A DNA stretch of 64,000 nucleotides, taken from assembly GCA_963796055.1 (NCBI GenBank), contig CAWCKH010000005.1, positions 64,001-128,000 on the forward strand. Reading direction: 5' to 3'. Both the position numbers and the translations under genes were made by a program. The notes below the pieces were generated by a model that was not told the DNA's origin, made no database searches, and saw nothing but the letters and a program-made list of their open reading frames with translations. How positions within the stretch are numbered: the stretch's first letter is position 1; the number at the start of each line of letters is the position of its first letter. Origin of the DNA: an uncultured delta proteobacterium (GTDB lineage Bacteria; Myxococcota; Myxococcia; Myxococcales; Myxococcaceae). Shown in pieces: positions 11,830 through 21,804 of this stretch.

Positions 11830-13875
11830 TTGGACCCCCATCGCGGAGAGCCGCCCCCCGTCCCAGAGCATGCCCTGCCTCCCCCGCTCCGGCAGCGGGT
11901 GCGGCGCTGGCTGGTGGGGCGCCCGCGCAGCGTGGAGGACCCGGGTGTGTTCCACCGAGTCTCGCTGGTGGCCTTCCTGGCGTGGGTGGGGCTGGGAGCC
12001 GACGGGCTGTCCTCCTCGTCGTATGGCCCCGAGGAGTCCTTCAAGGCGCTCGGGAGCCACGTGGCGCTCGCGCCCTTCCTGGCGCTGGCCACCGCGTTCA
12101 CGGTGGTGATCATCGCCGCGGCGTACTCGCGGATCATCGAGCACTTCCCGTTCGGCGGGGGCGGGTACATCGTCGCCACCCGGCTGCTCGGCCCGAGTGC
12201 CGGCGTCGTCTCCGGCAGCGCCCTGATGGTGGACTACGTCCTGACCATCACCACCTCGATGGCCGGAGGGGCCGACGCCATCTTCAGCTTCGTCCCGCCG
12301 TCGCTGCACGGCTGGAAGCTGCCGGTGGAATTCCTGGCCATCGGGGTGCTGGTGGTGCTGAACCTGCGTGGGGTGCGCGAGTCGGTGACGATCCTGGCAC
12401 CGATCTTCCTCCTCTTCCTGGTCACCCACGTGGTTCTCATCGGTGGCTCGGTGCTCGGCCGGGTCGACGAGGTGCACGTGGTCACCGAGCAGGTCCGCAG
12501 CGGGCTCTCTTCCGGGGCGGCGACGCTCGGCCTGGGAGGAATGCTGGCGCTCTTCCTTCGCGCCTACTCGATGGGGGCCGGCACGTACACCGGCATCGAG
12601 GCGGTGAGCAACGGGCTGCAGATCATGCGCGAGCCCAAGGTGGAGACCGCGCGGCGCACCATGGTGCTGATGGCCGTCTCGCTCGCCCTCACCGCCGGCG
12701 GCATCACCCTGGCCTACCTCCTGCTGCACGTGGCGCCGGTGACCGGGCGGACGATGAACGCGGTGCTCGCTGACCGCTTCGCCGGCACGTTCCATCTCGG
12801 CGGCCTCCCGGTGGGCCAGTGGTTCGTCTGGCTCACCCTGCTCTCCGAGGCCCTGCTCCTCTTCGTCGCTGCCCAGGCCGGGTTCCTCGACGGGCCGCGG
12901 GTGATGGCGAACATGGCAGTCGACAGCTGGGCCCCACACCGGTTCGCGCAGCTCTCCGACCGGCTGACGATGCAGAACGGGGTGCTGCTGATGGGCGGCT
13001 CGTCGCTCCTGGCCCTGCTCTACACCCGCGGCGACATCACCACCCTGGTCACCCTCTACGCGATCAACGTCTTCGTCACCTTCTCGCTGAGCCAGCTCGC
13101 CATGTGCCGCTTCTGGTGGCAGCAGCGAAAGGCCCGGGCGGACTGGCGGCGCCAGGGCGCTATTCACGTCGTGGGCCTGGTGCTCTGCCTGGGCATCCTG
13201 GTGGTCAACGTCTACGAGAAGTTCCGCGAGGGGGCGTGGGTCACGCTGGTGGTGACCGGGGCGGTGGTGGGAGTCTTCGTCTGGACGCGCGCCCACTACC
13301 GGAAGGTGCAGCAGAACCTCCGCCGGCTGGACGACATCCTCCCCGCCATGCCCAAGTCCAGGGCACCGGCCCGGGCGCTCGACCCGGGCAAGCCCACCGC
13401 GGTGCTCCTGGTCGGGGGCTACGCCGGGCTCGGCGTCCACTCGCTGCTCACCATCCAGCGGCTGTTCCCCAACTACTTCCAGAACTTCGTCTTCCTCTCG
13501 GTGGGGGTCATCGACTCGGCCACCTTCAAGGACATCGCCGAGGTGGTGGAGGTGAAGGAGCGGACCCGCGCGGCTCTCGACGAGTACGTGAGCCTGGCCC
13601 AGGGGCTCGGACTGGCGGCGACGGCACGGATGGCGCTGGGGACCGAGGCGGTGGAGACCGCCACCCAGCTCTGCCGCGAGGTGGCCAAGGAGTTCCCGCG
13701 GGCGCTGTTCTTCGCCGGGAAGCTGGTCTTCGAGCAGGAGCGCTGGTACCAGCGGATGCTCCACAACGAGACCGCGTACCAGCTCCAGCGCCGGCTCCAG
13801 TTCGCCGGGCTGAACGCGATGGTGCTCCCGGTCCGCCTGCTCGAGGGCGAGGCCCAGGCGAAGGCCGCAGCGTAG
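11830..13875 (+). CDS. APC-superfamily transporter, KimA/YdaO-like (putative K+ uptake)
   Basis: ADGLSSSSYGPEE, GGGYIVA, DYVLT, NLRGVRES and TGIEAVSNG motifs. Many TM segments plus a C-terminal cytosolic domain ending LHNETA. Start (TTG 11830) uncertain. Confidence 0.8.
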   Translation: MDPHRGEPPPVPEHALPPPLRQRVRRWLVGRPRSVEDPGVFHRVSLVAFLAWVGLGADGLSSSSYGPEESFKALGSHVALAPFLALATAFTVVIIAAAYSRIIEHFPFGGGGYIVATRLLGPSAGVVSGSALMVDYVLTITTSMAGGADAIFSFVPPSLHGWKLPVEFLAIGVLVVLNLRGVRESVTILAPIFLLFLVTHVVLIGGSVLGRVDEVHVVTEQVRSGLSSGAATLGLGGMLALFLRAYSMGAGTYTGIEAVSNGLQIMREPKVETARRTMVLMAVSLALTAGGITLAYLLLHVAPVTGRTMNAVLADRFAGTFHLGGLPVGQWFVWLTLLSEALLLFVAAQAGFLDGPRVMANMAVDSWAPHRFAQLSDRLTMQNGVLLMGGSSLLALLYTRGDITTLVTLYAINVFVTFSLSQLAMCRFWWQQRKARADWRRQGAIHVVGLVLCLGILVVNVYEKFREGAWVTLVVTGAVVGVFVWTRAHYRKVQQNLRRLDDILPAMPKSRAPARALDPGKPTAVLLVGGYAGLGVHSLLTIQRLFPNYFQNFVFLSVGVIDSATFKDIAEVVEVKERTRAALDEYVSLAQGLGLAATARMALGTEAVETATQLCREVAKEFPRALFFAGKLVFEQERWYQRMLHNETAYQLQRRLQFAGLNAMVLPVRLLEGEAQAKAAA

Positions 13876-13894
13876 GCCTGGTCGCTGAGCCGGC

Positions 13895-16039
13895 TCACCC
13901 CACGGGGTGGAACCGCTCCCCCCGCTCGGCCATCCGTCGGAGCAACGGGGCCGGCTCGAAGCGAACCCCCTTCCGCTGCTGCCAGTGCTCGAGCCGGCGC
14001 AGCAGCTCGGCCGGACCCATCGCGTCGATGGCGCGGAAGGGGCCGCCCCGGAAGGGTGGGAAGCCGAGGCCGAACACCGCGCCAACGTCGCCGTCGCGGG
14101 CGCTGCGCAGGATGCCTTCCTCGAGGCAGCGGACCGCCTCGTTCAGGAAGAGCAGCACCGGCCGCTCGCGGAGCTCATCCTCGGGGAACGGCACCCGGGT
14201 CGGGCCGCCAGGGAGCGCTTCGTACACCGCGGTGTCCACCGGCTTGCCCTTCACGTCGTAACGGTAGAACCCCTTCTTCGTCTTGCGGCCGAGCCGACCC
14301 TCCTTCACCAGGGCGGCCATGGTGGCCGGCGGCGTCATCCGCTCGCCGAAGGCGTCGTGGAGCACGTGGCTGACCTTCTCCCCCACGTCGATGCCCACCT
14401 CGTCCAGCAGCTGGAATGGACCCACCGGGAACCCATAGGCCCGGAGCGCGCCGTCCACCGCGGCGATGTCCGCGCCCTCGACCAGAAGGTGCGCTGCCTC
14501 GTTGAGGTACGGGGCGAGGACCCGTGAGGTGTAGAAGCCCGGGCCGTCGCGGACGACGATCACCGTCTTTCCCTGCTTCTTTCCCAGCTCGACGCAGGTG
14601 GCGACGACCGAGGAGTCGGTTCCTCCGTGGGTGATGATCTCCAGGAGGGGCATCTTCTCCACCGGGCTGAAGTAGTGCATCCCGATGACGTTGCCGGGGC
14701 GCCTCGAGCCTTCCGCCAGCCGGGCGATGGGGATGGAGCTGGTGTTGGAGGCGAAGATGCACTGCTCGGAGGTGGCGGTCTCCACCTCGGCGAGGAGCCG
14801 GCGCTTGAGCTCGAGGTCCTCGAACACCGCCTCGATGACCACGTCGGCGCGCCCGAAGCCGGAGAGATCGATCGTGGCCGTGACCCGGGCGAGGACCTTG
14901 TCCAGCCCCCGCCGGTCCAGACGGCGCCGGCGTACGCGCTGGTCGAGCAGCCCCCGCACGTGGGCGAGCGCCCGACCGAGGGAGGTGTCGTCGCGCTCCT
15001 TGATGCGGACCGGAAGGTGAGCCTTCTCGGCGGTGACGAAGGCGATGCCCCCGCCCATGAGGCCGCCGCCCAGCACCACGACCTTGTGGACAGGCCTGGC
15101 CTTCGCCGCGCCGTCCACGCCGGTGTCCTTCTTCAGCGCGGTGGTGGCGAAGAACAGCTCGCGGAGCCGGGTGCTCACCTCCGTGACCAGCAGCTCCCCG
15201 AAGGCGCGGGCCTCGGCGCGCTGCCCCGCCTCGAAGCCCTTCTCCACGCCCTCGCGGACCACCTCCAGCGCGCGCTCCGGGGCCGGGTAGTGCCCGCCGC
15301 TCTTCTTGAGCAGCTGCTTGCGCGCCTCGGCGAAGAGGAGCTTCCGGCCGATGGGATTCCCTTCCAGGGCCGCGCGGGTCACCGTCTCCCGCGGGCTCCG
15401 GTGCGGCCCGTGGTGGGCAGTCTTGCCCCCGCCCGCGGCCAGGGCCTGCGCATGCTCGACGGCCACGTCGATCAGGATCGACCGCGGCACCACCTCGTCG
15501 ACCAGGCCCAGCTTGCGGGCCCTGGAGGCGCGGACCGGATTCCCGGAGAGGATGAGGTCGAGCGCGGCCTGCACGCCGATGAGCCGGGGGAGTCGCTGCG
15601 TGCCGCCGGCGCCGGGCAGGAGCCCGAGCTGTACCTCCGGAACCCCGAGCTGGGTGCGCGGCGCGTCCGACGCCACCCGGCCGTGGCAGGCCAGCGCCCA
15701 CTCCAGGCCGCCGCCGAGACACGCCCCGTGGATGGCGGCGACCACCGGCTTGGGGAAGCTGGCAAGGCGCTCGAACCCCTGCTGGCCCTCGCGCGAGGCT
15801 TTCTCGCCGTCGGCCGCGGTCCGCAGCGAGCCGAGCCACCTCACGTCCGCGCCGACGACGAAGTCCTGCTTTCCGGAGGTGAAGACGATGGCCTTGACCT
15901 CCGGGTCCTGTCCGAGGCGCTGGAGCTCCTGCTCGAACTCGGCGCCCACCGCAGGCGAGAGGGTGTTCACCGGCTCGTCGGGAAGGTCGAAGGTGAGGAC
16001 CGCCACGTCGCCGCGCATCTCCGAGCGAAAGGCAGCCAT
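13895..16039 (-). CDS. fadJ: Fatty acid oxidation complex alpha subunit (enoyl-CoA hydratase / 3-hydroxyacyl-CoA dehydrogenase)
   Basis: CLGGGLE, PEVQLGLLPGAGGTQRLPRL, GGGLMGGGIA, ASNTSS, GMHYFSPV and GFPPFRGGP. Confidence 0.92.
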   Translation of the reverse strand: MAAFRSEMRGDVAVLTFDLPDEPVNTLSPAVGAEFEQELQRLGQDPEVKAIVFTSGKQDFVVGADVRWLGSLRTAADGEKASREGQQGFERLASFPKPVVAAIHGACLGGGLEWALACHGRVASDAPRTQLGVPEVQLGLLPGAGGTQRLPRLIGVQAALDLILSGNPVRASRARKLGLVDEVVPRSILIDVAVEHAQALAAGGGKTAHHGPHRSPRETVTRAALEGNPIGRKLLFAEARKQLLKKSGGHYPAPERALEVVREGVEKGFEAGQRAEARAFGELLVTEVSTRLRELFFATTALKKDTGVDGAAKARPVHKVVVLGGGLMGGGIAFVTAEKAHLPVRIKERDDTSLGRALAHVRGLLDQRVRRRRLDRRGLDKVLARVTATIDLSGFGRADVVIEAVFEDLELKRRLLAEVETATSEQCIFASNTSSIPIARLAEGSRRPGNVIGMHYFSPVEKMPLLEIITHGGTDSSVVATCVELGKKQGKTVIVVRDGPGFYTSRVLAPYLNEAAHLLVEGADIAAVDGALRAYGFPVGPFQLLDEVGIDVGEKVSHVLHDAFGERMTPPATMAALVKEGRLGRKTKKGFYRYDVKGKPVDTAVYEALPGGPTRVPFPEDELRERPVLLFLNEAVRCLEEGILRSARDGDVGAVFGLGFPPFRGGPFRAIDAMGPAELLRRLEHWQQRKGVRFEPAPLLRRMAERGERFHPVG

Positions 16040-17343
16040 CAGACGGCCTCCAGAACCAGTGCCGCGCCGAGCCCGCCGGCCGCGCAGACGGTGCAGAGGG
16101 CAGTGCTCTTGCCGCTGCGGGCGAGCGCATCGAGTGCCTGCATGACGATGCGGGCTCCGGTGGCGCCGAAGGGGTGGCCGAGGGCGATGGATCCGCCGTG
16201 GATGTTGAGGCGCGCCGGGTCCACCTCGCCCAGCGGCGCCGAGCGGCCCAGCTTCCTGGCGAACTCCGGGCTGGCGAAGGCCTGGAGGTTGCTGGCCACC
16301 TGCGCGGCGAAGGCCTCGTGCATCTCGACCAGGTCGATGTCCGCCAGGCGCATCCCCGCCCGGTCGAGCGCCACCGGCGCGGCGTAGGCCGGTCCCTGGA
16401 GGAGCTGATCGGCCGGGTCCGTCGCGGCGTAGGCGAAGGCGCGCAGCGCCCCCAGCGGCCGGAGCCCCAGCGCCCTGGCCCGGTCCTCGCGCATCACCAG
16501 CAGCGCGGCCGCGCCGTCGGTCAGGGGCGAGCTGTTTCCGGCAGTGACCGAGCCGTGCGCCTTGTCGAACACCGGCTTGAGCTTCGAGAGCGCCTCGAGC
16601 GAGGTGTCGGGACGGATGATGTCGTCCGTGGTCCCGGTGGTGGTGTACGCCGGGGGCACGGGGACGTGCATCACCTGGGCATCGAACACGCCGGCCTTCC
16701 AGGCCGCGGCGGCGCGCTGGTGCGAGGCAAGCGCGATCTCGTCCTGCCAGGTGCGCGAGATCCGGTTCTCCTTGGCCATCTTCTCCGCGCTCTGCCCCAT
16801 GGTGAGGCCGGTGGAGTACTCGGCGATCGCGGGTGGAACCGGGACCAGATCCCCGGGGTGGACGCCAGCGAAGGCGCGGAGGCGGTCCGGCAGCGAGCGC
16901 GCGCGGCTGGCCTTCACCAGCGCGCGGGAGAGCGGGCGGCTGGTGAAGATTGGCACGTCGCTCATCGACTCGGTGCCACCGGCGATGGCCACCTGGCTCA
17001 CCCCGAGGGCCATGGCGGAGGCGACGTCGGTGAACGCCTGGATGGAGGTGGCGCAGGCGCGGGAGACGGTGTGGGCCTCGAGTCCCCTCGGCAGCGCCGA
17101 GGCGAGGCCGACCTCGCGGGCGATGCTCGGAGCCAGCAGCGTGGGGATGGCCTGGCCGAAGACGATCTGATCGATCTCCACGGGGTCGACGTCCGCGCGT
17201 TCGACGAGCTCCCGGACCACCGTCGCTCCGAGGTCGAGAGAGGTGAGAGAGCCGAAGACGCCGCCGGCCTTGACGAAGGGGGTCCGGAGCCCCTTCACCA
17301 CGACGGCGCGCGACGTGCCGGGTTGACCGAGCAGCTGCGCCAT
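16039..17343 (-). CDS. fadI: 3-ketoacyl-CoA thiolase
   Basis: VSRACATS (catalytic Cys), HEAFAAQ, GHPFGATG and CAAGGLG. Translationally coupled to fadJ. Confidence 0.92.
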   Translation of the reverse strand: MAQLLGQPGTSRAVVVKGLRTPFVKAGGVFGSLTSLDLGATVVRELVERADVDPVEIDQIVFGQAIPTLLAPSIAREVGLASALPRGLEAHTVSRACATSIQAFTDVASAMALGVSQVAIAGGTESMSDVPIFTSRPLSRALVKASRARSLPDRLRAFAGVHPGDLVPVPPAIAEYSTGLTMGQSAEKMAKENRISRTWQDEIALASHQRAAAAWKAGVFDAQVMHVPVPPAYTTTGTTDDIIRPDTSLEALSKLKPVFDKAHGSVTAGNSSPLTDGAAALLVMREDRARALGLRPLGALRAFAYAATDPADQLLQGPAYAAPVALDRAGMRLADIDLVEMHEAFAAQVASNLQAFASPEFARKLGRSAPLGEVDPARLNIHGGSIALGHPFGATGARIVMQALDALARSGKSTALCTVCAAGGLGAALVLEAV

Positions 17344-17450
17344 GACGCGGCGTTCCAGCAGAGACTCACTCGGGCGTCAATCGGCGGTCCGGGCCTTCGG
17401 GGCGCGAGCTACGGTCGGCTCGTTCCGCCGAAGCCCTGAACTCAGGCGGT

Positions 17451-18419
17451 TCACGCCGCGCGCGCGGCCGCCGATTCGTCCCGCATCACCTCGAGCGTCT
17501 TCCGGATCCCCTCGTTGTACGAGGTCTTCTTCACCGGCCCGAGGAGCTTCTGGAGCGCCGAGTCGTCCATGACCACCGGGTTCGTGTGGAGGTAGCTCAT
17601 CTCCACCAGCTCGCGCATCAGCGGATTGAAAAGCCCCATCACCCGGAGCGTGTTCTTGCCGGCGACCCGGAACTTCGGCGTCTTGCCGGCTGCGGCGAAC
17701 ACCCTGGTCACGAACTCCCGCTGGGAGATTGTCCCGGAGCCGCCGAGGTGCCACCAGCGGCCGTATGCCTCCGGCCGGTCCGCCAGGTCGAGCAGCACCG
17801 GGCCGACGTCCGGCACGAAGACGAACTCGTGCGGCGTGTCGATGGGGCCGATCAGGTTGGCCGTTCCGCCATGGAGCGCGGCGACGAAAGCGCTGTGAAG
17901 GAAGCTCTTGTCGATGCCCGGTCCGTAGAAGTCCGGGAGCCGGAGGATGGTTCCGCGGATCTTCCCCGCCGCGTCGGCTTCGAGGAGGAGGTCCTCCTGT
18001 TCCTTGCGCATCCGGCCCTTGAAGGTGTGCGGCTCGCGCGGGTGGTCCTCCGCAACGCGCGCGGTCCTCGGCATGCCGTACGGGTACACCGTGCCCACGA
18101 GCAGGACGCGCTGTACGCCCTCGGCGATCGCGCCGTCGAGCGTCTGCCGCATCACCACCGGGTGCTGCTCGAAGTGGTGGTACGGAACGCCCACCAGGTG
18201 GACGAGGGTGTCGAGGCCGCGCACGGCAGCCCGGACCGACGCGGCGTCCTCTGGATTCCAGACGACCCGCTCGACACCGGGCATGTCCCCGAAGCTCGCC
18301 TCGAGCGCGCCAGCCGACCGCCCGATGACCCGGAAGGGGGTGCGCCGGTCCGTGAGCGCCTGCCCCACGCTCCGGCCAATCGCTCCCGCCGCACCCACCA
18401 ACCCGATTCGCTCCACCAT
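17451..18419 (-). CDS. NAD-dependent epimerase/dehydratase family protein
   Basis: GAAGAIG Rossmann motif, VYPYG, KGRMR and RLPDFYGP. AAGGAGG SD precedes the ATG. Confidence 0.88.
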   Translation of the reverse strand: MVERIGLVGAAGAIGRSVGQALTDRRTPFRVIGRSAGALEASFGDMPGVERVVWNPEDAASVRAAVRGLDTLVHLVGVPYHHFEQHPVVMRQTLDGAIAEGVQRVLLVGTVYPYGMPRTARVAEDHPREPHTFKGRMRKEQEDLLLEADAAGKIRGTILRLPDFYGPGIDKSFLHSAFVAALHGGTANLIGPIDTPHEFVFVPDVGPVLLDLADRPEAYGRWWHLGGSGTISQREFVTRVFAAAGKTPKFRVAGKNTLRVMGLFNPLMRELVEMSYLHTNPVVMDDSALQKLLGPVKKTSYNEGIRKTLEVMRDESAAARAA

Positions 18420-19065
18420 GACCGCCTCCTTAACGGCGGCGCGGCGGCAACGCGAGAGAACCGAGCTCCGCGAACGGATTCTCGACGCGGCGCGGGACAT
18501 CGTTCGGCGCGAGGGATTCGGCGCGCTGACGGTCCGGAAGATCGCCGACGCCATCGAGTACGCGCCCGGAACGCTCTACCTCTACTTCGAGAACCGCGAC
18601 GCCATCGCCCGCGAGCTCTCCTTCGAGGGGTTCCGGAAGCTCCTGGAGGCCTTCGCGCCGGCCGAGACGCTCGCCGACCCGCTCGCCCGTCTCGAAGCCA
18701 TCGGACGCGCCTACGTGAAGTTCGGGATGGAGCACCCCGAGACCTACCGGCTCATCTTCATGGAGGACCCGCAGCTCACCACCGCGGTGTTCAAGGCAGC
18801 GGGCGATGACCCCGGGCAGCGCGCGTATCGGGCGCTCCTCGATCCGCTCGACGAGCTCCGCAAGGCCGGGCGACTGCGGCGGGGCGCCGACGTGCAGCCG
18901 CTCGCCGACACGCTCTGGGCCTTGGTGCACGGCATCGTCAGCCTGAAGCTCACCTGCCCCGGCTTTCCGGTGACACCGGTGGAGCCGCTTCTGGACACCG
19001 CCCTGCGGACCTTCCTCGACGGGCTGGTCCGCCTTGCCCCGTCTAGGGCGTCGGCGGCGCGGTGA
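18418..19065 (+). CDS. TetR/AcrR regulator (WHG-type C-terminal domain)
   Basis: RERILDAARDIVRREGFGALTVRKIADAIEYAPGTLYLYFENR and WALVHG. The only nearby in-frame ATG overlaps the start codon of the divergent gene. Confidence 0.88.
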   Translation: MTASLTAARRQRERTELRERILDAARDIVRREGFGALTVRKIADAIEYAPGTLYLYFENRDAIARELSFEGFRKLLEAFAPAETLADPLARLEAIGRAYVKFGMEHPETYRLIFMEDPQLTTAVFKAAGDDPGQRAYRALLDPLDELRKAGRLRRGADVQPLADTLWALVHGIVSLKLTCPGFPVTPVEPLLDTALRTFLDGLVRLAPSRASAAR

Positions 19066-20086
19066 CGTGACAGCCCAGCCGGTGCACGGTCTCCACCAGG
19101 TGCTTCGCCGCGTCGGGTGACGTGGGCGGCAGGATGCCGTGCCCGAGGTTGAAGATGTGCCCGACGGGCCCGGCGCGGCGGAGGATGTCCGCCACCCGCT
19201 GCTCCAGCTCGGCCGGCGGGAGAAAGAGCGCCAGAGGATCCAGGTTGCCCTGGAGCGCCACGTCCGGTCCGGCGAGCGCGCGGGCCTGGTCGATCTCGAT
19301 GCGCCAGTCGCAGCCGAGCACGTCGGCCCCGGTCCTCCGGAGCAGGGGCAGGTGCGTGGACATCGCGGTGCCGAAGACGATCACCGGCACGCCCTTCGCC
19401 TGGAGCGCCTGCACCATCCGGGTGAGGTACGGGAGGCTGAACGTCTCGAAGTCGCGCGGGCTCAGCTCGCCGCCCCAGCTGTCGAAGATCTGGGCGATCC
19501 GCGCGCCCGCCTCGACCTGCATCTCGAGATACGGGATGAGCGTGCGGGTGAGCCGGTCGAAGAGCGCGTGGGCGAGCTTCGGCTGCTCGAAGAGGAGCCG
19601 CTTGATGAGGATGAAGCTCTTGGAGCCGCCGCCCTCGACCATGTAGGCGGCGAGGGTGAACGGCGCGCCGGCGAAGCCGATGACCGGCACCGCGTCGTGC
19701 AGCGCCGCCCGCGTACGGCGGATCGCCTCGGCGACGAAGCCGGTCTTCTCCACCGGATCCGGCACCACCAGCTTCTCGACGTCGGCAGTGGTCCGCAGCG
19801 GCGAGGGGAAGTGCGGCCCGCGGTCGCCGAGCTCGAGCTCCATCCCCATCGCCTCGGTGGGGATGAGGATGTCGGAGAAGATGATCGCCGCGTCGACGCC
19901 CAGCCGGCGGACCGGCTGCACCGTCACCTCGGCGGCGAGGTCCGGCGTCTTGCACAGCGGGAGGAAGTCGATCTTCTCGCGAACCGAGCGGTACTCGGGC
20001 AGGTAGCGCCCGGCCTGGCGCATGATCCACACCGGGGTCACGTCCACGGGCTGCCGGCGCGCGGCGCGCAGAATCCGATCGTTCAC
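19043..20086 (-). CDS. hemE: Uroporphyrinogen decarboxylase
   Basis: PVWIMRQAGRYLPEY, IIFSDIL, GAPFTLAAY, QGNLDP and FNLGHG. Confidence 0.97.
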   Translation of the reverse strand: MNDRILRAARRQPVDVTPVWIMRQAGRYLPEYRSVREKIDFLPLCKTPDLAAEVTVQPVRRLGVDAAIIFSDILIPTEAMGMELELGDRGPHFPSPLRTTADVEKLVVPDPVEKTGFVAEAIRRTRAALHDAVPVIGFAGAPFTLAAYMVEGGGSKSFILIKRLLFEQPKLAHALFDRLTRTLIPYLEMQVEAGARIAQIFDSWGGELSPRDFETFSLPYLTRMVQALQAKGVPVIVFGTAMSTHLPLLRRTGADVLGCDWRIEIDQARALAGPDVALQGNLDPLALFLPPAELEQRVADILRRAGPVGHIFNLGHGILPPTSPDAAKHLVETVHRLGCHVTAPPTP

Positions 20087-20152
20087 GTCCGACGGACGTA
20101 GCAGGAACGACCGAACCTGGCGAGGGGCTCGGGCGGCGGCCAGCGGCGCGAT

Positions 20153-20566
20153 TCAGGCACCGTCGCCGCGGAGGACGGGCTTGAGATCGAGGACCGGCGT
20201 CCCGTCGATCGCCTCGAGCGGGCCCACCCGGATCCGCCGCCCCTCCACCGTGAGGACCCGGACCCGGTGCAGCCCGATGGGGTTCGGACGGTCCGGTGAG
20301 CGGGTGGAGAACACGCCGGTGATCGGCCGCGCCGGATCGCTCCGGGGATGGACCTCGAGCACCGCGCGGTCGGCCTGGTGGAGCCAGGTCACCAGGAAGA
20401 CCTCGTCGCCCGGCGTGAGCCCCGAGGCCGCCGGGAGAACCTCGGGCCGAAGCTCGATCCAGGCATCCGGGCCGCCCTCCCTCCCCTGCATCGGCGCGCG
20501 CGCCCGGTCCCGCAGCTCGGAGTGGATGGTGCCAACCGGGCGGAGCTGAAGGTCCACCCCTCTCAC
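20153..20566 (-). CDS. trmO: tRNA (N6-threonylcarbamoyladenosine(37)-N6)-methyltransferase TrmO-like protein
   Basis: LRPVGTIHS, GVFSTRSPDRPNPIGL and IDGTPVLDLKP. GTGA overlap with the upstream gene; alternative start at 20557. Confidence 0.88.
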   Translation of the reverse strand: MRGVDLQLRPVGTIHSELRDRARAPMQGREGGPDAWIELRPEVLPAASGLTPGDEVFLVTWLHQADRAVLEVHPRSDPARPITGVFSTRSPDRPNPIGLHRVRVLTVEGRRIRVGPLEAIDGTPVLDLKPVLRGDGA

Positions 20567-21378
20567 CGTCGCCCGGCGAAGAGCGCGTTGAGCTCCGGGT
20601 AGGGCATCGCCCCCTCGAGCATGGCCTCGTAGCCGCGTCCGTCGAGGAACTGCCGGGCGGCGCGCCGGGTCAGACCATGGACGGCGCTGGAGATCCCCGA
20701 GCCCGCGCTCACCCGTCGCACGCCGAGTGCCCCGAGCTCTGCCACCGAAGGCAGCCGTGCCCACACCAGGACGTTCAGCGGGAGCGGGACACCGGCCACG
20801 ATCTCTCGGATCGATGCCGGCTCCACGACGGCGGGCACGAAGAGTCCGTCGGCGCCGGCGTCGCGGTACTTCCGCCCGCGGGCGATGCTCTCCTCGACGG
20901 CGCGCTCGGGCGGGGTGAGCGCTTTCAGGTAAACGTCGGTGCGGGCGTTCACGAACAGATCCACTCCGGCGCGGGCGGCCCCGCGCTTGGCGGCCGCGAT
21001 CCGCTCGCAGAGGACCTCGGGGCGGTCCGTCCCGTCCTCGAGGTTGATGCCCACCGCGCCGGCGCTGGCGAGGGCGAAGGCGTTGTCGGCGACGGCCGCG
21101 GGATCGGAGGCGTAGCCCGCTTCCATGTCGACGCTCAGGGGTACCGAGACGACCCGGGCGATCTCGGCGACGGCGGTGAGGAGGACGGAGGCCGGGAGCG
21201 CGCCCCCGTCGGCGTACCCGCGCGACCAGGCCAGACCGGCGCTGGTGGTGGCGATGGCCTGTGCGCCACAGGACTCGATGACGCGGGCGCTGCCTGCGTC
21301 CCAGGCATTGGGAAGCAAGAGGGGGGTCTTTCCGTGGTGCAGTTCTCTGAAGCGCGTGGCCGCAGTGCGGGTGTCCAT
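20563..21378 (-). CDS. Isocitrate lyase / PEP mutase family protein
   Basis: LPNAWDAGSA, ATTSAG, DMEAGY, GINLED, NARTD and AGADGLFVP. Confidence 0.9.
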   Translation of the reverse strand: MDTRTAATRFRELHHGKTPLLLPNAWDAGSARVIESCGAQAIATTSAGLAWSRGYADGGALPASVLLTAVAEIARVVSVPLSVDMEAGYASDPAAVADNAFALASAGAVGINLEDGTDRPEVLCERIAAAKRGAARAGVDLFVNARTDVYLKALTPPERAVEESIARGRKYRDAGADGLFVPAVVEPASIREIVAGVPLPLNVLVWARLPSVAELGALGVRRVSAGSGISSAVHGLTRRAARQFLDGRGYEAMLEGAMPYPELNALFAGRR

Positions 21379-21514
21379 GGTGGGGTCTCCGAAGATGTAG
21401 ACTTGTCCATAGCGAGCGGGCGCAGAGGAGGCACAGTTCGCGAGCGTCGTCCTTGACACAGCTGGAACCGGGACCGTACAAGCGCCCCCGTCGTCGAGGA
21501 GCGGAGCCGGGACC

Positions 21515-21586
21515 GGGCGGGTAGCTCAGCGGTAGAGCATCGCCCTTACAAGGCGAGGGTCACAGGTTCGATCCCTGTTCCGCCCA
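21515..21586 (+). tRNA. tRNA-Val(TAC)
   Basis: Acceptor stem gggcggg/tccgccc, D arm tagctcagcggtagagc, anticodon arm tcgcc-ctTACaa-ggcga, T loop ggttcgatcc. CCA not encoded. Confidence 0.95.
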
Positions 21587-21604
21587 ATCGAAGACCGTCG
21601 TACT

Positions 21605-21678
21605 GGGGAGTTAGTTCAGCTGGTTAGAACGCCGGCCTGTCACGCCGGAGGTCACGGGTTCAAGTCCCGTACTCCTCG
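21605..21678 (+). tRNA. tRNA-Asp(GTC)
   Basis: Acceptor stem ggggagt/actcctc, anticodon arm ccggc-ctGTCac-gccgg, T loop ggttcaagtcc. CCA not encoded. Confidence 0.95.
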
Positions 21679-21679
21679 C
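21637..21679 (+). repeat. attL core (3' half of tRNA-Asp), 43 bp
   Basis: ctgtcacgccggaggtcacgggttcaagtcccgtactcctcgc, identical to 24712-24754. Confidence 0.92.
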
Positions 21680-21804
21680 TTCGTAAGAGCCCGGATGGAC
21701 CGCGGAATTCGCTGCTGTCTCCGGGCTCCGCTTCACCCTCCGCTGGCGATGCCAGAAAGGGTCCCAGAAAACCGTTCGCGGATCCGCTGAGCGAGTGGGG
21801 CGAA

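Noticed and set aside
11697..11830. Known c-di-AMP (ydaO) or GEMM-I riboswitch
   Set aside because: The consensus elements are not recognisable by eye. Kept only as an unassigned structured region.
20153..21678. Functional link between trmO and the adjacent tRNAs
   Set aside because: TrmO methylates t6A37, which occurs in ANN-decoding tRNAs such as tRNA-Thr, not tRNA-Val(TAC) or tRNA-Asp(GTC).
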